A stretch of DNA of 64,000 nt from the NCBI GenBank assembly GCA_951406725.2, contig OX597829.1:17980001-18044000 (forward strand), in the 5' to 3' direction. The position numbers were made by a program, and so were the translations under genes. Of this stretch, positions 1 through 13,998 are shown one piece after another. The notes beneath the pieces were generated by a model. The model had not been told where the DNA came from. It did not search any database and saw only the letters and a program-made list of their open reading frames with translations. Numbering within the stretch: position 1 is the first letter of the stretch; each line of letters starts with the position of its first letter. The stretch comes from Octopus vulgaris. Lineage: Eukaryota.

Positions 1-258
1 CTTCTATTCCAGTAATACCAAAGAATGGCCTACAAACGTCTGAAGAAGTTCTTTCTGAAGGGGCTACTACTGATGTACAAGAAACCGAAGTTGATGATTT
101 CATGCTTGAAAATTAAGTCAGAGCCAGAAATTTTCTCAAGGAGAGTTGAATGATTTGGTTAGGGGCTTGGCACCGGCAAAAGATAAAAGTGAACTTTTAG
201 CATCTCGTCAAAGAGAAATGTCTGCTTAAAAAAAGATGTTTGTATTGCTCATTTCGTA
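1..258 (+). pseudogene. Degenerate DNA-transposase fragment, Chapaev3-like
   Basis: Manual translation gives an acidic linker, then FSQGELNDLVRGLAPAKDKSELLASR, a frameshift, and KEKCLLKKDV. This resembles the ELNDLVRDL..SKEKSELLASRLKEKNLL motif I recall from Chapaev3-type transposases. Contains a stop and a frameshift. Confidence 0.6.
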
Positions 259-269
259 GTCCTTCGTCC

Positions 270-341
270 GTAGATTCATCAGTACGATCGTTCCAATTAC
301 GTAAGTAATTTATTCGGTAATAGACGAAACCGGTATACGAT
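270..341. ncRNA. Hammerhead ribozyme split by a local inversion
   Basis: Minus 288-270 reads ATCGTA-CTGATGA-ATCTAC. Plus 321-341 reads TAGAC-GAAAC-CG-GTA-TACGAT. ATCGTA/TACGAT would form a 6-bp stem I. Confidence 0.6.
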
Positions 342-735
342 TAATTCTTGATTTTTATATAATTTTCATCTGTCTTGCCCGCCTATGTTTTAGTGTTCGC
401 TGAATTTTCTCTGGAGAACATCTTTCTTTGTAGTTAGATCGTATGTGATCTCCATCTAGCATATGGTTATCCACCTAGTAGTTTTTAACCCTAAATATAC
501 ACATGTGTAGATATATATATGTATAATATATACTACACAAAAGTGACTGTTGAGTTAGAACATGCAAATACTGCGACTAAGTACATCATAGCGACCGCCA
601 GCCGCATACAATCACCGCTGCTTCCGCTACCAGGTCACGTGATTTCGGTCTCTTTCCACCTTCTTCATGATAGATACATCGGAGCTGAAAATAGCAGTTA
701 CCGCTGCGAGAGCGATGTACGTAGAAACACAGACC

Positions 736-737
<2 letters not shown>

Positions 738-767
<30 letters not shown>

Positions 768-825
768 TGTATGTATGTATGTATGTATGTATGTATGTAT
801 GTATGTATGTATGTATGTATGTATG

Positions 826-855
<30 letters not shown>
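738..855. repeat. (ATGT)n microsatellite
   Basis: Direct reading; source of the MYVC/HTYI ORFs. Confidence 0.95.
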
Positions 856-856
<1 letters not shown>

Positions 857-1891
857 GCATGTCTAGATAGAGAAGGGGCGACGTAAATAATATACAGCAT
901 AATTCGTAGGTTAAAGTGAATTTTTATGCCGTGTTGTCAGGAAGAATTTGATGTTTTGGACCAGTAACTTCAGTTGAGAATTAGAGCATGACGTTTTCAT
1001 TATTATTTTTTATCTTTGAGATTAAGAGACAGCCCCTAAAACGTTAAAGTTATGTTCTCCCCAGGACATATATACTTAACCATATTCACAACGTTCTCAA
1101 TAATTTTTTGCCGACACATACGACGGTTTTCTTTTATAGTTAATGTCTGTTTTATTTTCTTTCTCACTTCTCTTCTATAACTATATAATATATATATGCA
1201 CATACATTTATATACACATACAGAAAATAATTAGAAGTATGTATGTATATATAGGGGGACGGGTCGAAGAAACACACACACACATACAAAACACATTTTA
1301 TTATTTAAATAATTACTTTTCTTTTGAGATGTTAAAAATATTTAGCTACAATAATAAAAACAATACGGCATCTTACAGTATAGAATTTCTTCACCAATTT
1401 CGTTCACATGAGAGATAAAATATAGTTTTCAAAGAGTTTGGGATTTGTTTGTGTTTCATGTTTTTGTATTTTTGTTTTGTTTTTTTGTTTTTTTACATTT
1501 AATTACATTTTCGAAAATAAATTGAAAGAAGTTTTTAAGTCGAATTTTTCTTATTTTTCAGAAGTAAAATATTTCCTTTTTATCTTCAATTTCTATTTTC
1601 GTTCCCTATTGTGTACAACTGTTATTTTTATATAATTGTCGATTTAAATTTTCGACAAACTTGTGTTCCTTTAATTTATTTTCTACAATTAATCATCTGC
1701 CTTTGTTTAGCGGGTATTTTAAAAGGATATTCTTTCATCTTCGGGGGTTGGGAAGCTTTCTATTCTACAATCCTCTGCCGAGCAAAATCTCCTAATTCTT
1801 TAATCTAAATGTAAAATGTCTGCAAAATCACACATTAGTAACACTGACCACTCTATACTGCTGCGATTTCTTTTAATTACTATATATATAT

Positions 1892-1990
1892 ATCACCGTG
1901 ATCACTGTGACCGAGCAGGCTATGAGATGTTCCTACACATCGCTGGTCACAATGCGCTTCGCATTGTTTTAGCCTTCAAATGACGCCACC
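1892..1990 (-). mobile_element. SINE family D, 3' fragment
   Basis: Reverse complement of the 3' end of 7967-8279. Confidence 0.8.
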
Positions 1991-2195
1991 TTGTCTGTCC
2001 TTGTTTGTCCCCTCTGTGTAAAGAAATAGGTATTTCGTCTGCCGCTACGTTCTGAGTTCAAATTCCGCCGAGGTCGACTTAGCCTTTCATCCTTTCGGGA
2101 TCGATAAATTAAGTACCAGTTAAACACTGGGGTCGATGTAATTGACTAGTCTCCTCTCCTAAATTTCAGGCTTTGTGTCTATTATGGAAAGGATT
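1991..2195 (+). mobile_element. SINE family A: tail fused to an internal fragment of another copy
   Basis: ...AAAGAAATAG|GTATTTCGTCTGCCG...GAGTTCAAATTCC...GCCTTTCATCCTTTCGGG; same sequence as 22606 and 59921. Confidence 0.85.
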
Positions 2196-2605
2196 ATTTT
2201 TTTTCAGATTGGTTTTCAATAATACATATTCTTTTGTTTAATAGGGTGCGTTGCATAATATCTCTTTTGAATAATATCCCTAATTCTTTTCAGAATTTCT
2301 AAGAAAGGTTTTAAATGAAATTTTATTCTTCCTTTGTTTATCCTTTCATTTTTTCCCTCTCTGTTTTGTCTATTATGTTTGTGTGTGTATGTGTGTATAA
2401 GTGTGTTGAGGTGTCTGTTTGTTCTCATCTATTTTTTTCTAGGTTTTCTTTTTTGTCGTTAAGTAGCAGTTGTGTGTGTGTGGTTGCTGTGTGTGTGTGT
2501 GTGTGTGTGTTGTGTGTGTGTGTGTATCATGTGAATATATACACATATATGCAACAGTCTATGCATGTGCTCGTAACTACATCGATAGTTACAGATAATA
2601 TCTAG

Positions 2606-2656
<51 letters not shown>

Positions 2657-2657
<1 letters not shown>

Positions 2658-2886
2658 TTCCAAATTTAGCCATGCATGGCCGAACACAGAGGTGACAATA
2701 CAATGAAGAATTTTTCTTTTCAAAACCGATCAATAGGGATCGAATACGTTTTGGAATGTGTACACAAAGAGAAAACAATGTAACCTTTTAACAACAGAAA
2801 TTCCCAAAAAGGAGAGAAAATATTACACTGACTAGGGTCATCCGTAGAAAGAAAAAAACCTATGAAAATAAAAGCCATGGTAGCCG

Positions 2887-2967
<81 letters not shown>

Positions 2968-3862
2968 ATTTACAGGATCATGCTCAAAGTGGTTTCGTCG
3001 CTCGCATGCACCATCTTGACTATATTTACTCACTTTCCCACCTTCCTTTTCAAGTGGTACTTGAAAAAGTTGATGAGCGATTGGCCAGAGAGGTAAGTGT
3101 TTGTCTCTAATCCTTTCGCTCTCGAGTCCACCACACACATTCTTTCACCATGACCACCAGTACCATGAAGACTACCTTGCCTTCCCGGTTGAGGGAATGT
3201 GGTGGAGCAACGGCCACGATAGATTCGGCCGACAGGCGAGCTCGTCTCACACGTGACAGCAGCCGTTCGGCATAAGCCCACAGGTCTGAAATGGTTGGAC
3301 ATTGCACGAGTGCGTGCAGAACGGTTTTGTCGCTTTAACCGCATCTCGGGAAGTCGGTCCAGTGTGTCTCGAACCGAGCCTGTAGAGCTTATCCCGAACA
3401 GGTAATGCTTCTCGATAGCACTGCCAGGCCAGGCATCTTTGGTGATTGTCCATACGACCCGACCCGAAAGTTGTCCTAAACAGGCGGGTCAGATGTTCCT
3501 CGTCGACGCCCAGATTCTGCCCGAAAACGTCGTTGCACCTCCCCTCCACTAATCCTCTATAGAACGCCTTTGTTGTAATGAAGTCGCACAAGTTTGGTCC
3601 CGGACGGCAGAGTTGCTCGAGAGCAACGCGACAATCGCGATGCCATTCGCCATTCCTCGGCTTCTTTTTGATCCACGACTGCAGTTCGGCCAAGGAGACG
3701 AGCTGCGGGAAAGCGCGCCGCACAAACAGTGATTACACCTGTTCACCGTCGTCTATGAAGCACCGGAGATGTCGCAGTCTCAGTGCATGTCTGCGCATCA
3801 TCAACCACGGTATGCCTAGCACTCCATTTACCGGGTGTTGACAGCGGGTGTTGAACGCTTCT
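2657..3862 (-). mobile_element. 5'-truncated L1/Tx1-clade LINE (ORF2 C-terminus with zf-RVT region and 3' UTR)
   Basis: Frameshifted ORFs give GVLGIPW..RRHALRLRHL, WQCYREALPVRDKL, ETVLHALVQCPTISDLW and KECVWWTR. Flanked on both sides by (GATA)n and interrupted by (CT)n. Confidence 0.8.
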
Positions 3863-3891
3863 CTTCCATAGATAGGTAGATAAAGAGATAA

Positions 3892-3969
<78 letters not shown>

Positions 3970-4171
3970 TGAAAACTAAGAAATATTACTTTTATTCTAT
4001 ACCATTTCCTCTTCTGTAATTCCTCCGCGTCCTTCTACTTTTTTGTCTTAAAACTTTATGACACACAGCCCCACGTTGAATCAACATCATGCTGAGGAAC
4101 TTCTAAAAGACTCCTGTGTTGATGTAGAAAGTGCCACTGTTTACAGAACCGAACAAATGAACCATCTGTTG

Positions 4172-5497
<1,326 letters not shown>

Positions 5498-5964
5498 TTG
5501 GGAATGATACAATCTTAGTTGCCTGTTTGTGAGTTTCAATTATCCACGTAGCGAGTCAATGCTAAACGCTTGAGATAGGCGTTTTGGGCGAAACTAATAT
5601 CATTGACTGTACCGACAACTGAACACTTCTAGTCCGAACCCAGGAATCTAGTAACCCTCTATAACACTATCACATAACCGTATTTACAAATGCGCATTTA
5701 CGCATACGTACTTCAATGTAAAGGTATGATTTGAGACATCGATTACTGAGAGACAGACACACAGAGAACGTAGCTAGTTTATATATCTGTATATATCAAT
5801 ATATTTTTACCCAGATTATAAAATTATTTTTAAACTTATAAGTATTTGTAGACTTAGGTATGTGATTAAGTGTTCAAAGCAATCTTGAAATGCTGGGGGT
5901 TTCAAGTAAAATAGGAAATGCAAACAATTAACAAAGACTTTTTCTATAGATTCTGTAAGCAAAA

Positions 5965-6288
5965 CTAGCACTATGACCTCGCACATACACGCGAGTACTG
6001 TCCAAATCTCCGACCAATCACATACAGCTAGCTAGCATTGAATTGGCATATCAAGTTTCGGGCATTTTGATTGGGTTTTGGACAGAAAATTCACAAAAAA
6101 GTCACTTCTATTGATTTTTTTTAATGGCTTTGCAGGGTGACTGATGAAATGTAAAGATGTGCACGACCACCCTTGGACGATTTTGAATGACCATAGAAAG
6201 TGCGAGCCCTCTAACTGAAAAATTGTGGATTTGTATACAGGACACGCTCACACACACACAGACATTTTGCCGTTTATATATAGAGAGA
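5965..6288 (-). mobile_element. Non-autonomous Helitron
   Basis: Minus strand starts A|TCTCTCTATATATAAA and ends with hairpin CTCGC-N8-GCGAG shortly before CTAG|T. No TSD. Confidence 0.7.
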
Positions 6289-6470
6289 TAAAACAATGGA
6301 AAGCTTTTCTAAAATTCATTATGTAATTTTTTCTCATAGTTGTTCTCTAAAATATCGAGTAATGAGACTTTATGTATTTATGCCTTTATTTGATAACATG
6401 TCCTTTCTGATCGGAAAGATTCAAATAATTATATGCGTAAGTTTGAATGTGTCTATGTGTACATACATAC

Positions 6471-7256
6471 ATGATGGCTGCCCCCTCGTTATCGAGTATG
6501 GCCGTTGCACGAAGCCTAACTTTTATTGGTGCTGTGATCGAATGTGACTTTTTAGCCCAGCTAAAGATCTACAATGTCTTGTACCAAATTGGCAACTAAA
6601 ACCTTTACCGGTAATAGCCGGCTGTAGTTGTAACTGGGCTTCATGTACCTTTGCATGTCGTTTAAGTCCTCCTGCCGAATTACACTCTCTTCCACATGCC
6701 CGACAGATATGATTAGTATGGTGTGTTACACCACCCTCAGTGGCCAGGTTGTCACTCATCTGTCTCGTTTTATGACTACGAAGATGACTCATGAGGCCAG
6801 CTTTACTGTGGCAGGGTCTTGCACAGACATTGCATGTCAGAATCAAAGGAAGACCCTTCCCTTCTGGAAGTGTAACAGCGATGCCCTTCCTAATATCCCT
6901 CCTTACTTTATCATGTGCAACTCGAGATTTCTCAAAAGTGGCTGTCCCCTCATGCACAATCCTTCTCCACCTGTTACTATCAATAGCTATGACTTCCCAT
7001 GTGTCAGGAGAGATGCAAGCATCTCTTAAGGAAGCCTGCAGCAAGTTCTTATACCTCATTTTTGGTTTATGTGGAGGTCGTTCTCCTTTAGCTAACTCTC
7101 CATAAAAGAGTTGTTTTGGCATCCTTGAATCCTTCATCCTGACCAGATGACCACTCCATCTGAGCCTTTGCTTTAACACAAGAGCTTCTATACTTTCACA
7201 CCGAGAGCCTTCCAATATCTCAAGATCACTGATGCGGTCCTTCCACTTAATGCCAT
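6471..7256 (-). mobile_element. 5'-truncated RTE-clade (BovB-like) LINE with three C-terminal C2H2-type fingers
   Basis: ORF 6523-7338 has GIKWKDRISD, RLRWSGHLVRMKDSRMPKQLFYGEL and WRRIVHEG, then CNVC..HLRSH, CRAC..HAKVH and CQF(G)..HIRSQH. Embedded in (ATAC)n. Confidence 0.9.
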
Positions 7257-7932
7257 ATACATACATACATACATACATACATACATACATACATACATAC
7301 ATACATACATACATACATACATACATACATACATACATACTTACAACTTCTAAGCCTGCAACTCTTCAAGCCGGATTATAAACCTATGGTCATAAATACC
7401 TTTTTCACAATTTGAAAACGCTAGGATTTTTAGGAAAAGAAAAAAGACTAGCAGGGACCTACAATCTGCTGTTAGTGAATAAGTAAATATTTGCGAGTAA
7501 GACATGTAATAATAATGGATGTTATCCAAAATCTAATGATGGAAAAAAAAGTTAGATTCTTTCTTTGAAACTTGCTCCCCAATCCAGAAAGAATGCTAAG
7601 AAATAGAAAGAAGAAAAAGCATACATACATGCATACAGACATACGTTCGCATGTACCTCCAATGTAAACAAGAAACACGCATGCACGCACGCATACAAAC
7701 CTACAAAATGTATTAAGATTGAATTCATAAAGTTCAAGACTCAAGAGAGGACAGCTCATTAGCAAGCCATTCGTCTTTTTTATTGTTTATTTGAATTCTC
7801 GTATCTCTGATATGTTTATTCGATTTTTCTCTTTACTTTTGAACTTGGTAAAGATGTAAAAGAGCGTTTTATAAAAGCAACGTTCCCCAGATGTCGTGGG
7901 AACGGTGAGAGTATATTAGTTAATCTCACTAA

Positions 7933-7966
<34 letters not shown>

Positions 7967-7967
<1 letters not shown>

Positions 7968-8279
7968 GAGGCGCAATGGTCCAGTGTTTAGGGCAGCGGA
8001 CTCGCGGTTGTAGGATCGCTGTTTCGTTTCCCAGATTGGACGTTGTGAGTGTTTATTGAGCGAAAACACCTAAAAAAGCTCCACGAGGCTCCGGCAGGGG
8101 ATGGTAGCGATCCCTGCTGTGCTCTTTCGCCACAACTTTCTCTCACTCTTTCTTCTGTTTTCCTGCTCGCTTAGCCAGCGGGGTGGCGTCATTGAAGGCT
8201 AAAACAATGCGAAGCGCTTTGTGACCAGCGATGTGTAACAACATCTGATAGCCTGGTCGGTCACGGTGATCACGGTGAT
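7967..8279 (+). mobile_element. tRNA-derived SINE family D
   Basis: A-box-like TGGTCCAGTG and B-box-like GTTTCGTTTCC; second partial copy at 1892. Confidence 0.75.
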
Positions 8280-8293
8280 ATATATCTATATAG

Positions 8294-8339
<46 letters not shown>

Positions 8340-9140
8340 CTACAGGCTGATGCCAGTATCGAGATAACATGACACCTTTACCCAGTCATCCAACATGCTA
8401 AAAATAGGAGCCAAATCTACTTCTTTAAAAAAATAATAACGAAAACCATATGCATATTGGGTATATGGTTTTAGATATATGGTCAGATAATACAAGATGG
8501 AATGGTCACAGCTGGAATGTCTTTTATTATAGGTTTGCTCGATCAGGGATAACCTAGACCAAGTAGAAACATCATTAAGCTAGTGACTCAAGCGTTTGTC
8601 CACACTACCTTGCGTTGTACGCATTACCGTCTCCATTACTGACGTTGTCTAGATAAGCATAGATCACACCGTTCCTGATCCATTCTTAAAAGTTCCACGC
8701 CCAAGTGTCAGCAACATGCTTCCTGGATACTTCACAACAAAGTTGCTCTAAAAACATACACTTAACCTCGAAATCATCTTCCTATAGAGTCATACTAGCT
8801 CTATCTTCTCCAATAGAGCGAATACACAAATCATTTCATACACCGAGAAAACGTTATACGACTCCCGCCCCTAAATAAGAACTACAAGTGACTGGAACCC
8901 TCAGTATCGTTATAAATACCAATCCTTACCATCACTGAGAAATTCTCAGGGCCAACACACATTTTCAGCATAGCAAGCTCTGTATCACTAAGCCTGGCTC
9001 TCTTTTCAGACCCAACTAACACTTCAGTCCCTAACAACCGGTAACCTACCCTCTATAATGCTACGGCGAAACCTTAATAAGATTTTTCCTCCAGCATCTG
9101 CAGTAGTGTTGCACCTGTACAAAGACAGCCTCGGGGTGGT

Positions 9141-9405
9141 AGCTCGTGGCTTAGTGGTTAGCGTATTCAGCTCACGATCTTAAGGTTGTGAGTTCGATTC
9201 CCGGCGGCGCGTTGTGACCTTGAAAACGACACTTTATTTCAAGTTGTTTCAGTTCGCTCAGGTGTTAAAGATGGGAAGTACCTGTAATTCAAAGAGCCAG
9301 GCTCGTCTCATTCTGTGCCATGCTGGATCTTCCAGAGGACTACGTTAAGGGTACGCGTGTCTGCGGAGCGCTCAGCCACTTGCATGTTGATTCCCCAAGC
9401 AGGCA
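9141..9405 (+). mobile_element. tRNA-derived CORE-like SINE (family C-related)
   Basis: TGGCTTAGTGG and GAGTTCGATTCC boxes followed by GTGACCTTGAAAACGACACTTTA (CORE-like). Confidence 0.75.
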
Positions 9406-9702
9406 GTAGTCAACGTACACAACAATACAATGGTTATTTCTGGTAGTGAAAACATCGGATGTAATCAAGTTGATAATTTAATTACAAAAATATGTGGTTA
9501 GCTCGGCTTTATAATTGTCGATTAATCTCATTTCCACATAATACTTGCTATGTAAGTTTCAGTGTAGTAATCTAGTTATTACAATACCAATAATTGATGG
9601 CGTGTGAATGTGTGAATGTGTGTGTAAATACATGTGTAAATATACATGTGTGTGTGTGCGTGTGTATTCGTAAATATATACCCGATATCCTGGCGCCCAC
9701 AT

Positions 9703-9872
<170 letters not shown>

Positions 9873-9875
9873 TCT

Positions 9876-10100
9876 TTTGTTCTTTTATTTGTTTCAGCCA
9901 TTTGACTGAAGTCATGCTGGAGCACCGCCTTAAAGGGTAATTTTTTTAGTCGAAGAAATCGACCCTAGTACTTATTCTTTGTAAGCTTAGTATTTATTCT
10001 ATCAGACTCTTTTGCCGAACCGCTAAGTTAGGGGACGTAAACACACCGACATTGGTTGTCAAGCGATGGGAGGGGAAAACACAGACATGAAGACACACAC
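9876..10100 (-). mobile_element. SINE family B, 3' half
   Basis: CATGCTGGAGCACCGCC...CCGAACCGCTAAGTTA, shared with about 12 copies in the window. Confidence 0.85.
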
Positions 10101-10264
10101 ACATAAAAATATACATATGTATATTATATTATATTATATTATATTATATTATATTATATTATATTATATTATATTATATTATATTAGAGGAATAATCAAA
10201 TCCGAAGCAGAACGAGTATCTCAAGTCATTTAGAACAATTTAAGTAAGGTAAGATGAATTTGAA

Positions 10265-10340
10265 ATCTTACAGCTGTTTCTGGGATAACCCAAGTGGTAG
10301 CTTAGCATGTCCACACAGAGAGCATTCCTTCATCAGAGAC
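10265..10340 (-). ncRNA. Type-I hammerhead ribozyme motif
   Basis: GTCT-CTGATGA-(long stem II)-GAAAC-AGCT-GTA-AGAT. Confidence 0.75.
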
Positions 10341-11056
10341 AAGATATGAATATTTCAGACGGTAAAAATTTACAGTTTACAAGGAATAAAATTTTTCAGT
10401 TTATAAGGAATAAAATTCTTCACAGTTTATAAGGAATAAAATAGAATAAAGAGTAAAGATTGTTAGAAGAATATATGCAGGAGAATAATGTTCACAACTC
10501 GTCTTTTTCCAGAGGATATGCATGTTGGTCGGTACCTCCATGAAGGTACATGTATTTAGTTAAAATCCAGGTACATTCAAGCGGTATTTTGGCAGTTTTT
10601 GAATAGTTTATTCATATTGTAAATGTGTATATGGAGCGAGAAAGTAAGATTAAACATAAATGGGTTTTGTGAGTGGATATACATGGCTATACCCACTAAA
10701 CCCATTTATGTCTATCTTAATTTCTCACAAAAAATTCTATCCTACAAAACCCATTTATATTTATCTTACCTTCTCGCTCCATATACACATTTACAATATG
10801 AATAAATCATTCAAAATACTGCCAAAATACCACCTGGATTTACCTGGAATTTTAACTAAGGACCTGTAGCTTCATGGAAGCACCAACCAACATCCATATC
10901 CTCTGGAAAAAGATGAGTTGTGAATATTATTCTCCTGCCTGTATTCTACCTTACTCTTTCTTCTTCTATTTACTCCTTCACTCTTTTGTTTTATTCCTTA
11001 TAAACGGTGAACTTTATTCCGTATAAACTAAATTTTCCCTCTCTAAAATATACATT

Positions 11057-11132
11057 GTCTCTGATGACGGGATCCCCAATGTGTGGACATGCTAAACTAC
11101 CACTTGGGTTATCCTAGAAACAGCTGTAAGAC
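11057..11132 (+). ncRNA. Type-I hammerhead ribozyme motif
   Basis: GTCT-CTGATGA-CGGGATCCCCAA...TTGGGTTATCCTA-GAAAC-AGCT-GTA^AGAC. Stem I is GTCT/AGAC; predicted cut after 11128. Confidence 0.85.
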
Positions 11133-11436
11133 TTCAAATTCACCTTACCCTAATTAAGTTATTTTAAATGACTTGAGATACACGTTCTGCTTTGGTTTTT
11201 GATTTTTCCTCTCATATAATATATACCTACTATAACGAAACCCTAACACGGATCCATAGATCGAGCCTTAGCTGTGATTCTGGAACCTAATGGTCGACCA
11301 ACTATAGCACTTATTCAGTGTACCTATTCACTTAGATCACAATTGAACTAAACTCTTCATATTCTCTCTCTCGCTCCCCCACTCTCTCTCTCTCACTCTC
11401 ACTCTTTCTATCTATCTCCCTCTCTCACTCTCACTC

Positions 11437-11475
<39 letters not shown>

Positions 11476-11548
11476 ATATATATATATATATATTTACAAA
11501 TCCACACAAATTTACATGCAAAATATATAGCAAAATATGTCAGACAAA

Positions 11549-11834
11549 CATCCATCCATCCATCCATCCATCCATCCATCCATCCATCCATCCATCCATC
11601 CATCCATCCATCCATCCATCCATCCATCCATCCATCCATCCATCCATCCATCCATCCATCCATCCATCCATCCATCCATCCATCCATGCATGCATGCATG
11701 CATTCGTACGTACGTACGTACGTACATACATACATACATACATACATACATACATACATACATACATACATACATACATACATACATACATACATACATA
11801 CATACATACATACATACATACATACATACATACA

Positions 11835-11863
<29 letters not shown>
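11549..11863. repeat. Compound tetranucleotide repeat (CATC)n-(ATGC)n-(TACG)n-(TACA)n
   Basis: Direct reading. Confidence 0.95.
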
Positions 11864-11865
<2 letters not shown>

Positions 11866-12299
11866 TTTGGACTGTTTTGTATCAGTTTATCCTTTCGTTT
11901 GTAAACGTATCTGTACTAGAGTTTTTTTTTGTTTTTGCAAAAGCACACACTGGCTACCATGTTCAGAGAAAGAAGCAAATGTTATAATTGGATTTGTAAT
12001 GATATTTTTTCAGCAAGATTTGTTGATAGACAAGACTTAGATCAGAGGTATCAGCCGCTTTCGACGAGAGATTTTTAATCTTCATTATCTGTAAATTAGA
12101 AGTCGGCGAGTCGTTCAAAATGGGTTTCCGTCAGATTCGAGTTTTCAATTGCTTAATCAACAGCAAAACTTATTCATTGACTTGGCGTGCAAGAGACTGA
12201 GTATTCCAAATTCACTGGATTGTACTACATTGATAATAACATGACATTCACCGAAGACGCCACTCCGTGAGATCGAAAGCATAACGTCGTGTTATATTA

Positions 12300-12346
<47 letters not shown>

Positions 12347-12557
12347 TGTATATATACATACATGTTTATATATATATACATAATACATACATATTTCTGT
12401 GAATTTACGTGTTTGAGTTGATTATAAATTCTAACACTATCATGTTCTTAACAATCAATTCAACCTCTCTGTATGTATATCTACCCTCTTTATAATGTTA
12501 GCAAACGAAATGTAAATAAGTATATGTATTGTCCCTTTGATGGAAGACATCTATAAA

Positions 12558-12641
12558 TGGCTGAAGATTGCTCAACATTTTAAAACTGATGTAATACTTA
12601 CAATGTTTAATAAAATGATGTAGCATGAAACGATCGTACCA
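12558..12641 (+). ncRNA. Type-I hammerhead ribozyme motif in a PLE pLTR-like fragment (about 12400-12774)
   Basis: TGG-CTGAAGA-TTGCTCAACATTTTA...TAAAATGATGTAGCAT-GAAAC-GATC-GTA^CCA. Confidence 0.85.
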
Positions 12642-12771
12642 AATTACCGAAGATATTCTTGTTGCTTATTTTGATTATAATCACCCCGTGGATTTATATG
12701 GATAATACCATACAAAATTCTGGTGCATCTGACTTAAGTACCATATTCATTTGAATATAAATTTGGCTGAA

Positions 12772-12872
<101 letters not shown>

Positions 12873-13829
12873 CGGTGCCCCAGCATGGCCACAGCTCATG
12901 AGCTGAAACTAGAATCAATCAATCATATATATATATACTACAGGGAATGGAATAGATAAAATCTAGGTTACATATGTTTCATAGATAGTTTTGATCGAAT
13001 TCTCAACGAGTTCACACGGTAGCAATGTAAAAAGAAGTGTTTTGCTCAACGCGCCACCCGATCCGGAAATCAAACCCCACGATTTAGCAATCGTGAATAC
13101 GAGACACTATCTATTAGGTCCTAACCACTAGGCCACGTGCCTTCATAAATATTTGGTGCAGAACAAAAAATATACAAAAATACAACACGTATTAAGTTCA
13201 CAAGCCATCATATTAGCTTCAGTCTCAGGAAAAGAAAATGGCTAATCGCTATAAAATTTCGGACATTATCTATCTCGGTTACCAGAAAAGGAAAAAAAAA
13301 AGAGATGGAAAAAATGGAAACTTGATAAAGAAACTTGATAAAGAAGAAAAAAATAACTTCAAAAAGTAGAAACTCAGTGGAAACAATTTCGTGAATTTGG
13401 TCCTACAAGTTGGCCTTTTAGATGGTGGGTTAAATGGGGTCTTTAACGGCAGAAGAGCAACCAAGAAAAGAGGCGTCTCTGCATATGCTGATGTAATGTG
13501 TGTGTGTGTGTGTGTGTGTGTGCGTGCGCGCATGCGCGCTAAACTGTGTCACCTAGTGAGTACAATTTTCAATTCACTATCACAATGTACAATTCCTAAA
13601 CCGAACAGTAATTTGCGCTTTTGACAATCGCATATATTTCACGGTTTCACATTTTTACTCAGCTAAAAGTTTATACTAGCTGAATGCTGGCAAAGCCCAC
13701 TCTCCGTCGATTTTTTTCGACATCTTAATGAGTTGCTGAGTCAAAGGTTAAGAGAGTTGAGAAGCTGTCAATGCCAGTTCCTACTCACTCATAAGTGACT
13801 GCAAACTAATTTGCGCTGGCGCGTGTATG

Positions 13830-13865
<36 letters not shown>

Positions 13866-13998
13866 TATATATATATATATATATATGCATATATATATAC
13901 ACATATATATACATAAAGATATATATATATATATAATACACATACATATATACGCATACATTCATGAATACATGTTTATTTATATATGTTTATATATA

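Larger units (their letters stand above)
10186..11212. mobile_element. About 1-kb fold-back (inverted PLE pLTR-like) element with a hammerhead on each arm
   Basis: The arms are imperfect reverse complements around an axis near 10685. Confidence 0.85.

Noticed and set aside
4088-4140. CTGAGGA followed by a hairpin
   Set aside because: No GAAA-stem III-NUH after the stem.
8580-9090. Possible solo LTR (TATAAATA, higher-complexity sequence)
   Set aside because: No clear TG..CA ends, TSD or second copy.
12246-12292. CCGAAGA..GAAA..GTCGTG
   Set aside because: Stem II does not close and the core is incomplete; at best a heavily decayed relic.
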